DNA of 63,939 bases, counting the filler, from Basidioascus undulatus (taxonomy: Eukaryota): the NCBI GenBank assembly GCA_000826855.1. It is 18 parts of 18 records of this genome, joined end to end, with 100 filler letters (N's around TTAATTAATTAA, not from the genome) between each part and the next. Parts side by side here need not be neighbours in the genome. Positions count along the whole stretch, not along the records: positions 40,055 to 42,389 come from JTLS01002814.1; positions 42,490 to 44,821 come from JTLS01002815.1; positions 44,922 to 47,252 come from JTLS01002816.1; positions 47,353 to 49,681 come from JTLS01002817.1; positions 49,782 to 52,106 come from JTLS01002818.1; positions 52,207 to 54,529 come from JTLS01002819.1; 12 more parts are not named here. One strand, 5' to 3'. A model generated the notes under the pieces. It had not been told where the DNA came from and did no database searches. It was given only the letters and a program-made list of their open reading frames with translations. A program made the translations under genes and the position numbers. This document shows, one piece after another, positions 40,897-54,264 of the stretch. Positions within the stretch are counted from its first letter, which is position 1. Each line of letters starts with the position of its first letter.

Positions 40897-42389
40897 CTAC
40901 GCAGAAAAGGATGGAAGGACGACACCGAACGCCTCAACCTGAGCGTGCTCGTGCGCCTTTACCAGCTCCCCGACCCTCACCGCCAGATCCCCCTCGAGAT
41001 GCGCCAACCGCACCTCGCCGTCTCGCTCTCCCTCCGTCAGACCCAGCACCTCCGCCTGCGCCTCGTGCGCCCAGCCCGCGTGCGTCATCGTCTTGTGCGC
41101 GGCGGGGTAGCGGCGCGCGATGCGCGCGAGGTCGAGCTGGACGATGATGGGGCGGGGCGGGACGGGCGGTGGAAAAGGGGAGGATGGTTGCTGTTGCGGG
41201 GAGGAGAGCGTGGGCGCGACGAGCGGCCTGAAGGACTTGCTCGCGTTCGTGGTCGTGGAGAACGCGCCGCAGCGCCAGGCGGCTTCCTCGCCTCCCTGGG
41301 CGGCGACAGCGGCCTTGTGCGCCGCGAGCGGGGGAGGCGCGAAAATTGTTACCCTCCGCTTCTTGCTCGAGTAGGAAGCGGCTGCGGAGAGGGAGGAGGC
41401 GGAGGAGTTGGAGTGGCTCGGGAGGGGAAGCCAGAAGGGGCCGGATAGGCGCGGCTGGGTGAAATGGGCGGACGACTCGGCGCGCTGGCGCTTGCGCGGG
41501 GGCGGGAGGGTCGACCAGGGCGGGGAGAGCGGAGCGGAAGGGGGCGAGCGAGGAGAGGAGAAGCACGGCTTGGGGGGAGGGATGAGTGACCGCCGCGCAC
41601 GAGGGGGTGTGGTGGGGCTGCGGTGCGATGGGCGGAGGAGGGCGGGGTACGAGGGGTCTGCCAGTGAACCTGGACGTCAGGAAATAGAGGCTGGCGAGAA
41701 TGAAAGAAGAGGCATACAAGACGAGGCTGTCGCTGCGGGTAGGAACAGCGTCAGCGTCCATGTCCTGGCTCGGAAAGAAAGAGGGAACGTTGCATGAATG
41801 AGCAGGGTCGGGAGCTCGAAAGTCCTCCGCACACGTCTGCTCCTCAATCGCGACCAGCCAAGCGGGACGATTGCCCTGGCCCGGGCTTCCTGCGCTCTGC
41901 GAGAAGGAGGATGGTGCCCGCGCTTGCGAGATGAAGTGCGCCGGCTCGGACGTCGCGTACGTCGTGGCTGACGTGGGAGCGTCGTAAGGCTGCTGGACAG
42001 CGTACGGCGTCAACGCGGGCGCCTCGATCTCCCGCATGTGCTGCATGCCGAAGAACGGTTCAGACATGTTGCGCGGAGATGTGGGCGGCAGGTTGCCCTC
42101 GCACGCGGCGGACGTGTTCGAGTCGTGGCGGAGCGGAAGTGAGGTAAGGGGATAGAGCTGCGGTGAGGCGGCGTGACTGATGAAACGAGGTACGTCAGAA
42201 TGAGGGCAGTCAGGAGAATTAGAATCTGTAGCGTATGAACCTCGCCTGCGACGGCGGTGGGAACGAAGTTGTCCGGTCCTGCTCCCCAAAGCGTCGCTGG
42301 CTCGGCGTGGCGGGCGCGGTGACCTTGAACGCCTTTGGACGCGCGCGGCTCGCCGTGAACTTCGGGACGATGAGCTTCTTGGGTCCCCC
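40897..42389 (-). CDS. Pro/Ser/Ala-rich hypothetical protein, 3' part
   Basis: Long open GC-rich frames ending ..EVRLAHLEGDLAVRVGELVKAHEHAQVEAFGVVLPSFSA*. No domain recognised. Confidence 0.5.
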
Positions 42390-42489
42390 NNNNNNNNNNN
42401 NNNNNNNNNNNNNNNNNNNNNNNNNNNNNNNNNTTAATTAATTAANNNNNNNNNNNNNNNNNNNNNNNNNNNNNNNNNNNNNNNNNNNN

Positions 42490-43052
42490 GACCCTCGCAT
42501 GCTACAAGACCCTCTCCCAATCGAACCCCGCTGTCCGTTCTCCCTCCTCCCTCCTTTCCCTGTCCTCTCCCTCCTTACCCTGTCCTCTCCGCACTCACCC
42601 CCTCAACCGCCCCCACAGCTCCTGCGACACTGGGAACGCACCGGGTCCGCTTCCCCCCTCCCGTCTCCCCCCCTCTTTCCAACTGACCTCGCCTGGTTGA
42701 TGTGCGGATCAGGCAAGCCAAGATAGCCCTTCAAGCGAAATCGGAGGACGAGCTCCTGCTTCTCCAGGCTCAGGCGCAGTCGCTCAACCTCTGCGCGCGG
42801 TCGATTCAGGACGCGTGCGTGCTCTCCCCTCCTCTCCACCTCTTTCCCTCCCCCGGAGACCCTCTGACACCACGCGTTTTGCATAGGGGCCGCACCCAAA
42901 TCGCCGCGGGTTCGCGGACAGTGCTTGGTATCGGGCCGGGTGCGTTTTCTGTGGTTGAAGAGACAGAGAGGGGAGAGAGCTGATCGGGGGTGACGTGGAC
43001 AGGTCCGGTGAGACTCATCAACGAGGTGACGGGGAAGCTGAAGTTGCTGTGA
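42490..43052 (+). CDS. PTH2: Peptidyl-tRNA hydrolase 2, 3' part
   Basis: [67 protein letters not shown]. Confidence 0.93.
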
Positions 43053-43906
43053 AAGGCTTGGAGGGCGCAGAGCAGATGGATGGATGCTTCCTCTGATACG
43101 TGTTGGTGGTGTGCGCCGGGGGGGGGTGGGGAGCTGCTGGAGACGAAGGATGGAATGCGGCGCGTTGGGCACTCACGCTCACACCCCACGCTCGCGCTTG
43201 CGCCCCTTCGATCAATCGTATCGGGATCCAAATACAGCTCGCGTACCAAATCTCACAATGCCATGTAACTTTAGGTGCCTCAAAAGTTCGCATGCACCGG
43301 CCGTCGCGTCTGCCTCTGACCCTCCGCATCGATCCGTTACGAGCTTCATTTCTTCTTATCTCATCTCATCTCCTCCCTCCACTCAGCGCTGCTCTCGTTC
43401 TTGATGGCGTTTGTAGTAAGTGTGCGGGAAAGAAACACAGGGAAGTTTGATCTGCGGGATGCAGTCGAGCGTGGCGCAGATGGTGCAGCTGCGTGGCCCG
43501 TCTTTCCGCGGTGCTCTCCACGCTCAACTCGAGCTTGATTGATGCGCGCGCTTTCGAGGTTTCTCGAGCATTCAAGTATACCTCAAAAGTGCGCTAGAAT
43601 CGCGGCTTCCAGCCACTATGTCACCCTCAGCGGCAGCGTCGAACCAGCTTAGCGAGAGCCGAACGTCAGCTGGTATTCTGCCAGGGCTGAACACCGTCAA
43701 CAAGTACATGGAGCATGCCGCAAGCAGGTTCAATACAGAGGTACACGGGAAACAAGAAAACACTGTACAGGGCAGGGCTTTACAACACGCCAAATGACCA
43801 CCAGCCCACGATCGCCTCCCTCCGCGTACACGACCTCCGCGTACACGACCTCCCCTCCGCTCCCTCCCAGAAAACCCACATTCCCCTTCCGCATGCTCAC
43901 ACCAAC

Positions 43907-44821
43907 TCACACTCCGGTCAGCCCCAGATGCGCGAGGAACAGCGCATGGAAGACGGTGAGGAGCAATGCGATGAGGTTGAGGAACGACGAGAGGCCGTGC
44001 AGGATCGCGAAGCGCTTGTTGAGCGCTTTGAGGGTGTCGGAGATCTGGGGATGGTCACGCATGTCAGGGTCTGGAGAAAGAGAACACCAAGAAGGAGGGG
44101 GGTAGGGGGAGACGGACCCCAGGCTCAAAGTACTGCTTCCCCTCTTCCCGCTCGACTTTGTGGCGCTCGTACATGACCCTATGAGCGTTTCCAGCCAACT
44201 CAGCCATACCGTGTCGGGGAAAGTGGGTAGGAGAAACCCGGACGACGCACTGCGTAGTGACCGGCGTGACCCAAACGAGGTTGAGCAAATGCAGCGCCGC
44301 GACGAGCGCGAGCGCAGCAGCCTGTACGGAGTCTGCCGTGCGGAGCCCGGCGTCCCACACAGCGCCGGCGGGGCGGACGAACGTCCACCTTCCGAGGAGC
44401 GCAGAGGCGAGGAAGACGTTGATAGCGAAGTAGAGGGGGAAGGTAGATGCCTGGAGGCGCGCGAACGCGGAGCGCGGGAGGGATTTGAAAGCTACGATGC
44501 TGTTTTGCGTGGGGGCCGGTGGGGAGGGGTTAGGGAGGAGGAAGCAGGAAGAAGGAAGGGAGAGGGGGAAAGGGGAAGGGAAGGGGGGAAACCGTACCCC
44601 CCGACGAAGGTCTGCCAGATCTGGAAGCCTAGCAGGGCGGAGAGGAAGAGGAGGTAGTACCCTGCCGGGTTGGTCAGAAGCCGGATGAGCGCGCGCGCGG
44701 AGAGCGGGTGCGGCGGTGGGTGGAGGGATGGGTTGGGCGAGGTTGGGGGGGATGGGAGGAAGAGGAGGATATGGAGGGGAGGTACCTCGTTTGCACCGAC
44801 GGACTTGACGAGGTCGAAGTT
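43907..44821 (-). CDS. TMEM205/DUF4149-like membrane protein
   Basis: LLGFQIWQTFVG|GIVAFKSLPRSAFARLQASTFPLYF..LLNLVWVTPVTT|VMYERHKVE..LKALNKRFAILHGLSSFLNL. Confidence 0.85.
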
Positions 44822-44921
44822 NNNNNNNNNNNNNNNNNNNNNNNNNNNNNNNNNNNNNNNNNNNNTTAATTAATTAANNNNNNNNNNNNNNNNNNNNNNN
44901 NNNNNNNNNNNNNNNNNNNNN

Positions 44922-45447
44922 TGGGGGGTGAGTGCCTACGGGGGAGCAAAAGGAGGACGGGAGGAGAGGGGAGAAGAGGGACGGGGAAGGGGGGAAGAGG
45001 GGGGGGGAGGGAGGGAAGAACGGCTCACCCTCGTACTCGTTCAAGGTGAGGTCCTTGATCCCTAACCGCCCCAGGACCTCGTTCGACTTGGACTTGGCGC
45101 CCTTGCGCTTGGACTTGGTCGGGTCATTGGAGGAGAGGATGTACTGTCATGCCCCCCGTCCCAGGACCTTGAGCATCACGAACGCGCCGGGACGCCACTG
45201 TCGAAATGGGACCGACGCACCTTGATAGCGTAGAAGATCGCTAGCTGCCACACCGTCCCAGGTGCGATAAGCATCCCCAAGCGCTGGCATTCCTGCGGTA
45301 GGGCAGAATGGGACTGACTTGTCCTGCAGCAAACACAGCGACTGGGAAGCGGGAGAAGATGAGCATGTCCTTCTCAACAACCCATAGCGGGCACAGGTGA
45401 GACTCACCGTCCAACGCGACCTTGCCCGCCTCTCGTCTACTGACCAT
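44922..45447 (-). CDS. MSP1: Mitochondrial outer-membrane AAA ATPase Msp1/ATAD1, 5' exons only
   Basis: Short N-terminal TM (VAVFAAG..IFYAIK|YIL) followed by KSKSNEVLGRLGIKDLTLNEYE, the conserved pre-AAA segment. The Walker motifs are not reached. Confidence 0.7.
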
Positions 45448-45693
45448 CCTTGCGCTGAAATTGTCCTTGTCTGCGGTATCGAAGGAAAAGGCAAAGGATG
45501 GGTGGGGATAGGAAAAGGAGCGAGATGAGCGTCGGGTCTAAGCCCTGCGCTGCGCTGCTGCCGCCTTCGCTTGCGCTGAGCCGGCACGGCGGCAAGGAAT
45601 CCGCGTGAAAGCCGCCCCTTGCTCCGCTGCCAACCTGCCAGCTTGCTTCTTGCCTTCTTCCCCTCACCATCTCCCTCACCTTTGCCTCCAACC

Positions 45694-47252
45694 ATGAACC
45701 GTCACCGCCACGGGCGCCCTCCCCTGCTGTTCCCCCAGTCGCCGCGAGACCCGTCCCTCCCAACCTCCGCTGAGATCTGGCAGTCCAAGCTCGCCGCCTT
45801 CGCTGCGCGCTGGCTGCCTGCCCCGAGCCCGACCAGGAAGCGGTCCTGGGGCCACACCCGTATTCTGAAACCCGCGACGCTCCTCGTCCTTCTACTCTTC
45901 GCGCTGGTGTTCGTCCTCCGCCTCGCCGTCGGCTGGTGGAGCGGGCGGAGGCGGAGGGAGCGCGTGAGGGCTGCTGGACTGGAGGGGAAGAGGGATGCGA
46001 AGGTGCTTGGCTTCTTCCATCCGTACTGGTACGTCTTACATCCTCCTCCCCCATTACCCTTCCTCTCCCACTTATCTATACCGAACCCCCACAGCAACGC
46101 AGGCGGCGGCGGCGAGCGCGTCCTATGGACCGCGCTCTCCCTCATCCAGCGCACGCAGCCGCACACCCTCTGCCTGATCTACACCGGCGATGCCGCGACC
46201 GGCGCCGAGATCCTCGCTACCGTACGTGGGCGCCTCGGCATCGACCTCGACCCCACGCGCGTGCACTTCATCCACCTCCGCCAGCGCAGGTGGGTCGAGG
46301 ACGACACGTGGAAGCGGTTCACCTTGCTGGGGCAGAGTCTGGGGAGCGTTGTCTTAGGTGCGGAGGCGGTGCGGAGGGGCGGGGGTGTCCCGGACGTGTT
46401 TGTCGGTGCGTCGCTTCGGCTTTCTCTCTTCCCTGTCTGCATTAGGCTGACGCACACGCACACCCAGACACCATGGGCTACGCGTTCACCTACCCGCTCA
46501 TCTGGCTGCTCTCCCCGGACACCCCAATCGTGACCTACACGCACTACCCGACCATCTCGTGCGTTCCCTTCCCGCTCCCTTCCTTCCCCTCCCCTTACCC
46601 ATCTATCTTTCCTCCCACGCACCCCACCTCAGGAACGACATGATCGCCCGTGTCCGCTCGCGCCGGTCCGGCGTGACCAACACCTCCTCCATTTCGTCCT
46701 CCTACCTCCTCACGACGCTCAAGCTGCAGTACTACCGGACCTTCCTCTTCTTCTATGCGCACTCGCTCTCCTTCGCCTCCGAAATCATGTGCAACTCAAC
46801 CTGGACATCGCGGCACGTCGCGTCCCTCGTCGGCCCGTCCGCGGCCGCGCGGCCGACGATCGTCTACCCGCCGTGCGATACTGCATCGCTCGAGGTGTTT
46901 GCGCTGGAGGGGCGTGAGAACGTGATCTTGTCCGTCGCCCAGTTCCGGTGCGTCCCCACCTTCATCGTTCATTCCCCTGACTTTTCTGAGTTTGACTTTG
47001 CGGGGTTTGTGGGCGCAATGACAGACCAGAGAAAGACCACCCCGCCCAAGTCCGAGCGCTCGCGGAGCTTTTTGCCGCGCACCCGGAACACCGCGCCGCG
47101 GGCGTGAAGCTCGTGCTCATCGGCTCGGCGCGCAACGCGGGCGACGAGGCGCGCATTGCGAAGCTGCGCGCGCTGGCGAAGGAGCTGGGGATCGAGGTAC
47201 GCCTCCTTGTCTCCCTCTGTCTTCCCTTCTCTTGGTCTTTTCGTAGGGAGGA
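45694..47252 (+). CDS. ALG11: Alpha-1,2-mannosyltransferase Alg11, 3' truncated
   Basis: GFFHPYC|NAGGGGERVLW, LGQSLGS, DTMGYAFTYP, YTHYPTIS, NSTWT, IVYPPCDT, SVAQFR|PEKDH. Confidence 0.96.
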
Positions 47253-47742
47253 NNNNNNNNNNNNNNNNNNNNNNNNNNNNNNNNNNNNNNNNNNNNTTAA
47301 TTAATTAANNNNNNNNNNNNNNNNNNNNNNNNNNNNNNNNNNNNNNNNNNNNGAGGGTGCGGATGGGAACGAGGAGGGGCAAGATCAATAACAGTTGAAC
47401 TGCGAGAGGTGACTTGCGTGAGCCGGTGCGGCATAAGAAGTAGAGGGCAGCAGGATGGGTGGGTCCACGGCGGTGGTGCTTGTGGGAGGTCGGAAGGGCA
47501 CACGAACACGCTGAGGAAGCGCATGTCTTTTGAGTGGACGGGGCCAGGACCGCAAAAGAAACGCAGCAGACAATAGTGTACCTTCTCCGGTGATTGAAGA
47601 GGGCGGCTCTAATTTGTCATTTCAGAACGCAACGCGAACTGATGAAGTGGCCGTGGGCAGCTTGTGGCGCTTGCCAAGCAACACGAAAGAAAACAGAAGC
47701 AACGCTGTCAGATAACCAAACGTGATACGCAGAAGTTACAAT

Positions 47743-49625
47743 CTACCGTCCCCTCACCTCCCAATTGGCCAACCTCCTCGCATCCTCCCTCACCCTCGCA
47801 TCCACATGTCCGCCCTCCAACAAGCCCAACTCCCACGCAAGCGCGCCCTGGGGATTGCATCCCTGTGGGTCGTCCCACTCGGCCTTATAAACGCCTCCAC
47901 CGACGCCGCGCTCCTCGGTGCTCAGCATGCCCTCCAGTCGCGCGCCGCCCTCCGCGCCAAGCAGGCGCGCAATGAACTGCAGCGCGCGGAGCGCGGTCGC
48001 AGACGGCCAGTGGAGCGCGCATAGGAGGAGGCGCTTTGCGAATGCGAGCGCGCGGATCGGGGGCGCCGAGCGCGTCTTGGATGAGCGGGAGAAGAAGACG
48101 AGGTGCAGCGCCCGGAAGAGGAGGTCGGACTCGGTCGAGAGGTGGTAAGGCGTTGGGCCGGAGGTGGTGCTGGTGGAGGGGGAGGAGGAGGCGTTTGGAG
48201 GATGATCTTCGATCGTCGGGGAGAGGGAGAGCGGGAGTAGGAGCGCGTAGAGCGAGGTCACAAAGTCGTCGAGGTCAATGTTGAGTGCGTCCCCTGTCGC
48301 GTGGGGGTCAGCGTCGCTCCTGAGATGAAAAAGTAAAGGAAAGCCGACCGCACCTTGACCAGTAAGCAGCTCGAACGCTGTGCCCACGCAAAGCAACCGC
48401 AAGCGCATCTCCTTCCCGTCGAGCGTCGCGACGCCTTCCTCCTCGTCGTCGCGCTCGCCCTCGACGCCATACTCGACGCGCTTCGAGATCTGCTTGAGGA
48501 CGTCCAGGAGGCTGTTCTCCCCTACCACGTTAATGTCCCAAACACCGGAAACCAAAACAAGACTAAGGAGGTCACGCACTCTTTGAAAAAGTCGACGTTC
48601 ACAAGATGCGCAAAGCGCGCGACGCCCTCGAGCGCGGCGGGGAGGAGCGCCGCCGCTGGCCCGCGCGGCTCGGGGTTCTTGAGGATGCGGAAGTAGAGGA
48701 CAAAGAGGAGCTTGAGCGTCTCGGTGTGTGTCCTATCCCTCCCCTCTTTGTCCACCTCCGCCTCGGCCTCCTTCATCTCCTTCTCGATCTCCTTGACCTC
48801 GCGCCTGCGCTTCTTCTCCTTCTTGCTCAGGTGCACCTTCCCGTCCTTGCCCTTGTTGCCCTTCCGCCGCGTGACGACGTCGTCCCCGCCTGAGGGGTTG
48901 ACGGAGGACGGAGCAAGCTCGTCCCTCAGCCGGAGGTGAAGGAGAGAGGAGAGCACGTTCGGGTGGATTGCGAAGCGCCGCTCTTTTACCATCCGGTTTA
49001 GGAGCCGCACGAGCTCGAGCGAGGCGGAACCGGAAAGGTCGGAGGCAAAGACGGTCGTAATGGTAGAGAGGCAGAGGGCGGAGTCCTAAACGAGTGGGTG
49101 GTCAGCATTCGAGCTTCGGCAAGGGAGGGAGGGAAGAAGAGGGAGAGCGGAAAAGAAAGGGGAGGGACGAGACCAACCTCATCCCACGACCGCCGCGACA
49201 TGCGAGAGACTATGGCCTCCATGATATTTGTGCGAAAATTGAAGTGCGTGGCCTTTTCGAGCATCGTGCACAGGCAGCGGAGCGCGGTCGACGCGAGGTC
49301 TGTCTTTTCTGCTCGTCCGGCGCACAACTAATCAGTCTTTCCCTCCTCCCAAAAAGAGAAGGGGAAACCGGTGCGACGTACTCCTCACCTCCCCCTCCAG
49401 CCCGCCCAACCACGCCTGGTACCCCTTCACCAAGCCCTCCTCCCACTCCCTGCGTCGCGCAACGTCCTGCCCGACCTTCTCGGCCCTCTCGGCGTCCGTG
49501 AGCGCGCGGATGCGGTACCCCGGGATGATGTCGCAGTAGACGGCGGCGAGGGAAAGGTGCGCGAGCTTGCGGATGAGCGGGTCGTTCGGCGTTGGGGGCG
49601 TGCCGGGCGGGGCAGTGGGCGGGGG
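47743..49625 (-). CDS. NOC3: Nucleolar complex protein Noc3 (CBF/Mak21 family), 3' part
   Basis: DIIPGYRIRALTDAERAEKVG, HFNFRTNIM, EVKEIEKEMKEAEAEVD, TETLKLLFVLYFRILK, ALEGVARFAHLVNVDFF, RALAFAKRL. Confidence 0.93.
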
Positions 49626-49781
49626 GGGAAAGGTGCGCGAGCTTGCGGATGAGCGGGTCGTTCGGCGTTGGGGGCGTGCCGNNNNNNNNNNNNNNNNNNN
49701 NNNNNNNNNNNNNNNNNNNNNNNNNTTAATTAATTAANNNNNNNNNNNNNNNNNNNNNNNNNNNNNNNNNNNNNNNNNNNN

Positions 49782-52106
49782 CCCCCCCTCCGCCCCCCCC
49801 CCCCCTCCTACTCCACCTCCCCTCTTCGACGCCTCCTCCCACGACAGCACGCTCCCCATCCCTCTCACCTCTCTGGACGAGCCGCGCCCTCACCGCCCGC
49901 GGTTCTCCTCAGCCGCCTCCGACGGGTCGGAGGAAGACGACTTCCGGGAGCTGGATGAGTTGACGCGCCGGGATAGCCGCCCGGGGAGAGTGGGGCGGTC
50001 CGGTGCGCTGTCTCCTGCCGTTGAAAGGGGAAAGGAGGAAGCTGACGTGCTGTGAGGGATGGGGGACAGGAAGCCTAAGCACCGCATTCGAATTCACGCC
50101 CATCCCGCTCTCCCTCTCCGCCGAAGGGGCCGCCCACCCGCTGCAGGACCGCGGCGAGCTCAAAACGATCGGGGTGGTGGGTGGGATTTCTCTAGTCGTT
50201 GGGCTGCAGGTGCGTCCTCCTCCCCCTTGCTTCCCTCCCTCCGTGCTGATGGCGCTGCAATAGATTGGGTCGGGGATCTTCAGTCAGTGCACCTTTTGCG
50301 CGAAGATGACAGGCGGTTGCGTGGTTGCGTGGTTGGGGGCTGACTGGGCGGCTGTGGCAGGCTCCCCCGGCCAGGTGGTCAGCTTGACGGGCAGTGTCGG
50401 TGCGGCGTTGGCGACGTGGTTTGTGAGCGGGGTGCTCGCTTGGACGGGGGCGAGGTGCGTCCACTTTCCCTTCCTTCCTACTCCTCCTGCTCCTGCTGCT
50501 TCTGCTCCACTGGCGGCCGCTCTTTAGGACTGAACTCTGAATGAACTGGGATCGGGAACTCCAGTTCCTTCGCGGAGCTCGGCAGCGCCATCCCCCTCTC
50601 CGGGGGCGCGCAGGCTTATCTGTCTTATGCATACGGTGGGTCCCTCTCACCTCTCCCCTTCCTCCCACACATCCCTTTCCTCTTTCTCTTCTCCCCGTTT
50701 TTCTACTTCATGGGGAACGGAACGGGGTACTGATTTTGGGGATGGAGTGGGAACAGGCCCTTTGACCTCCTTCGAGTTCACATGGACAGCGATTATCGCA
50801 CTCAAGCCGGGCGGGGCAGCGATCATTGCGCTCATTTTTGGGGAGTATGTGTGTCGGTGCGTCATCCGTCTCCTTTCCCCTCTCCCTGCTCCTTCCTCTG
50901 ACGCTCCCTCTCCTCTGATCTTTCTTCCCTCTCTCGCCTCCCTCTTTCTCTCTCTCTCCCAACCGACCGACTTCGCTGCCGACCGACTGGCCGAAAACAG
51001 CCTCATCTACCACCACACAACCTCGGAGGTCGCGGGGGACCTCCCCGCGGGGGTGGACGCGATTCCGGACTGGTCGATCAAGCTCGCCGCGTGCGCGGCT
51101 GTTGTGCTCGTCTCGGCTGTCAACGCGTGGAGCACGCGCGCGGGGACGGGGACGCAGGTCGTTTTTACTGTGGTTAAGGTGCGGGCGTCCTCCTTCCCTC
51201 TCGCCCTTTCCCATTTACTTTCCCCATGCCTTCGCCCCGTCTTCCCTCTTTGTATTTCCCCAGTAAAGAAAGCGCTGATGGCTTGGGGTACCACCAGCTC
51301 GCCGCCCTCATAACAGTAGGCGTCCTCGGCCTGCTCACGCTCATCCGGGGCGACGCGTCCCCCGCGCTGCGCGCCGACCACCTGTTTGCAGGGTCGGAGA
51401 CGAGCCCGGGGAACTATGCGCTCGCGCTTTATAGCGGGCTGTGGGCGTTTGACGGTGCGCTTATCAGTCGGGCGAGGGGCGAAACGGAAGGAGACTGATG
51501 GAAGGTGGACGAATGCAGGATGGGATCAAGTTAACTATGTGCGTCTTTCTGTGTGATGGGTGAGCGCGAGAGGGGGAGGAGACTGATTTGGGGAGGAGCG
51601 CAGGTCGCGGGCGAGATGACGAACGTCGGTATGCCCTGCCCGCACTGCGTTTCGAGCAGAAGCGGACCCCGGCTGAATGGATGGTGGGGGTTGGGCACGA
51701 CCGGTAGTGCGCGACCTCCCACGCGTGATCCACATCTCCCTCCCCACCGTCATCCTCGCCTTCCTCATGGCCAACCTGTCGTACTTCGTCGTCCTGTGCG
51801 TCTCCCCCTCTTCCCCTCTCCCCCCTCCCGGCCCTTCATCTCATCATTTAACAACCCTGCGTGTTCGGCGGCGGATTGGATTTGCGTGGGTGGCAGGAAT
51901 AAAGAGGCCGTCGCGCACTCTAACACCGTCGCCATCGACTTTGGGACGCGCGTCCTCGGACCCGCGGGGGGCGTGCTCTTCACGCTAATGGTCGCGTACG
52001 TCTCTCGCCCTATTCCCTCCCACTCTCCCTTCCTTCCCCTTCCCACTAACCCCCCTCCCCAACACAGTTTCTCCTGGTACCTCTCCTCTCTTTCCCTCTC
52101 CCATCC
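49782..52106 (+). CDS. APC-superfamily L-type amino-acid/methionine permease, partial
   Basis: GISLVVGLQ|IGSGIFS|SPG, LAWTGA|SSFAELGSAIPLSGGAQAYL, ALYSGLWAFDGWDQVNY|VAGEM, RDLPRVIHIS. Confidence 0.9.
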
Positions 52107-52506
52107 NNNNNNNNNNNNNNNNNNNNNNNNNNNNNNNNNNNNNNNNNNNNTTAATTAATTAANNNNNNNNNNNNNNNNNNNNNNNNNNNNNNNNNNNNNN
52201 NNNNNNAGAAGAAGGGGAAGGGAACGATCAATGGGTAAGAAAAAAGGGAAGAGCAGACGAAGGTTGAGAAGTACGGCGAAAGCGGAAGGAAGGAGAGAAA
52301 GGCATTTTCGGTAAGAGAATTAAGGGGCAGCGTGGCGGTGAATGAGGCAGGCGAAGAGCCTCGGAGGATGGGAGGAAATCGATCTATAACGTGGGAAGCT
52401 CATGAACATTGTGTGCGTGCGTGCGTGTACGTGCGTAACAGAAGAGCGAGGTAAGGGGTACAGGATGTGTGCTAGGGAAAGGAGAGGTGGACAGAGGGAG
52501 GTGTGT

Positions 52507-54264
52507 TCACGCCCCGTTCTCCTTGATCTGGTACCCCTTGTTCTCGGCCTGCTCGCCCGCCTCGTGCGCGGCGTCCTTGACCTTGTCCTGCGCCTCGTTC
52601 GCCGACGCCGCGCCCTTCTTGAGCACGCCCGTGACGAAATCCTGCGCGTGGTGGAGGTAGGGAAGGGCTGCGCCGTGCGAGGGTCGGATTGTCAGTTTCA
52701 GTTACTTCATAGCAAGGTCGAGTTGCATGGGCGAAGGGAGGGTATATATGAGGGAGGATGCGGGATATGAAAGGGACGAAGGGACGAAGGGACGATAGGG
52801 CGAAGGTACGAAGGGGAAAGAAAGAAACCGAAAAGACCTACTCGTCTCGTGCACGTACTGCACGACCTTCTTGGTCTTCTCCTGCGGCGTGCCGTCCTCG
52901 CGGAGGATGATGTGCGTCACGTCAGCGTAGCTCTTCGAGAGCGTGTCAAAGTACGGCTGCGCCTGCTGGCGGAGGTTGGACGGCAGGTCGAGCGACTGGT
53001 TCTGTTGACGTCCGTGTCCAACAATGTCCCATCGATCAGTATTCCCGTCAAGAGAGGCGGAAAGAAACATAAGATAAAAGACGGAGGAGGGATTGCGATA
53101 GGGATCAGGTAAGGGGGGAAAAGGGAAAACGCACCTGCAGCTTCTTGAGCTCCTCGAGCAAGTTCTGCACGCTCGCCTTGGACCGGTCGCCGACGGCCTG
53201 GGCGTTCGCCTTGCGCGCCTCGATCATGTCCTTGAGCGACTTGTTGAGGCTGTTAATGTACTCGGTCGAGCGTTGGCTGCACGTCCTCAATTCCGTCAGC
53301 GTAGGCCCTTTCGCAGCCTGCACCGGTTGGGAGAAACGCACATTGCGACGCTTTGGCTCTGGAGCTTCTTCCACTGCCTGTCGACGCGGGTCGCGAACGA
53401 ACAACGTCAGCAGACTGCGGGGAGGAGAAAGAGGAGGAAGAGGGGGAAAGAGGAGGAAGAGGGGGAAAGAGGAGGAAAGCAACTCACTCGGCCGACACGT
53501 TCTCAAAGTGCGACTTGACCTCGACGCCGAGGCCGACGGCACGCTTGATGGGCGAGCCGCCGCCGTTCTCGGTCGGCTGGGGCGCGTCCGTCGCGCCCGT
53601 CTTGAGGACGAAGCGGTGCACGGTGTTTTCGACCACGTCGAGGACGGGGGAGACGATGCGCTGTCGGGAGAGCCGAAAGGGGGTCAGTCGAGCCGATACA
53701 AGGACATCGAATAGAGCAGGAAGAAGAATAGAAGAGGGAAAAGAAGGCGAGGAGGAGAATTGGAAGACGTTGGGAGAAGGGGAGATAAGCAGAGAAGGGA
53801 CGCAACGCACCTCGTTCACGGCATTGTACGTGCCGCTGACGGCGTTGGACCCCCGCGAGTAGACGTCCTCGGCGGGCTTCTTGACGCGGTCGATGATCTC
53901 CTGGGTGGGCGTCTCGAACGGGTACGGCCACTTGGCCTGGGCGTAGTCAAGCGTCTGATTCGAGTACTTGTCGACGGTACCGAGGACGGGCGCGACAAGG
54001 CGGCCTTTGCTGAGGGGCTCGACGACGCTGGAGACGACAAGGGACGCGCCCTTGTCGTAGATCGCGCCGACTGTGGGCGACTTGTGGATAACCGAGTCGA
54101 CGGTCGCGAGCGTGTCGTGCACTGTGCGGAGGGGAGGGGGTGAGGATGCGGGGCGGAAGGGGAAGGGGAAAGGGTGCGCGGGTGGTGGACGGACCTATGG
54201 GGATGGCGAGCACGCGGTGGAGAGCGTCTTGGTGCTCACCGGCGGGGGGAGCAGCGTCGGACAT
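52507..54264 (-). CDS. Perilipin-like lipid-droplet protein (Ldp1/CAP20-type)
   Basis: ALHRVLAIPI|VHDTL..VDKYSNQTLDYAQAKWPYPFETPTQEII matches the fungal PAT-domain pattern. Helical C-terminus; TGA at 52507-52509. Confidence 0.8.

Noticed and set aside
43820..43853. 15-bp tandem duplication CTCCGCGTACACGAC x2
   Set aside because: A simple slippage duplication downstream of the TMEM205-like stop, with no evidence of function.
49550..49681. 56-bp exact duplication inside NOC3 (49550-49605 and 49626-49681)
   Set aside because: The second copy sits at the contig end after a G run, typical of an assembly tip artefact.
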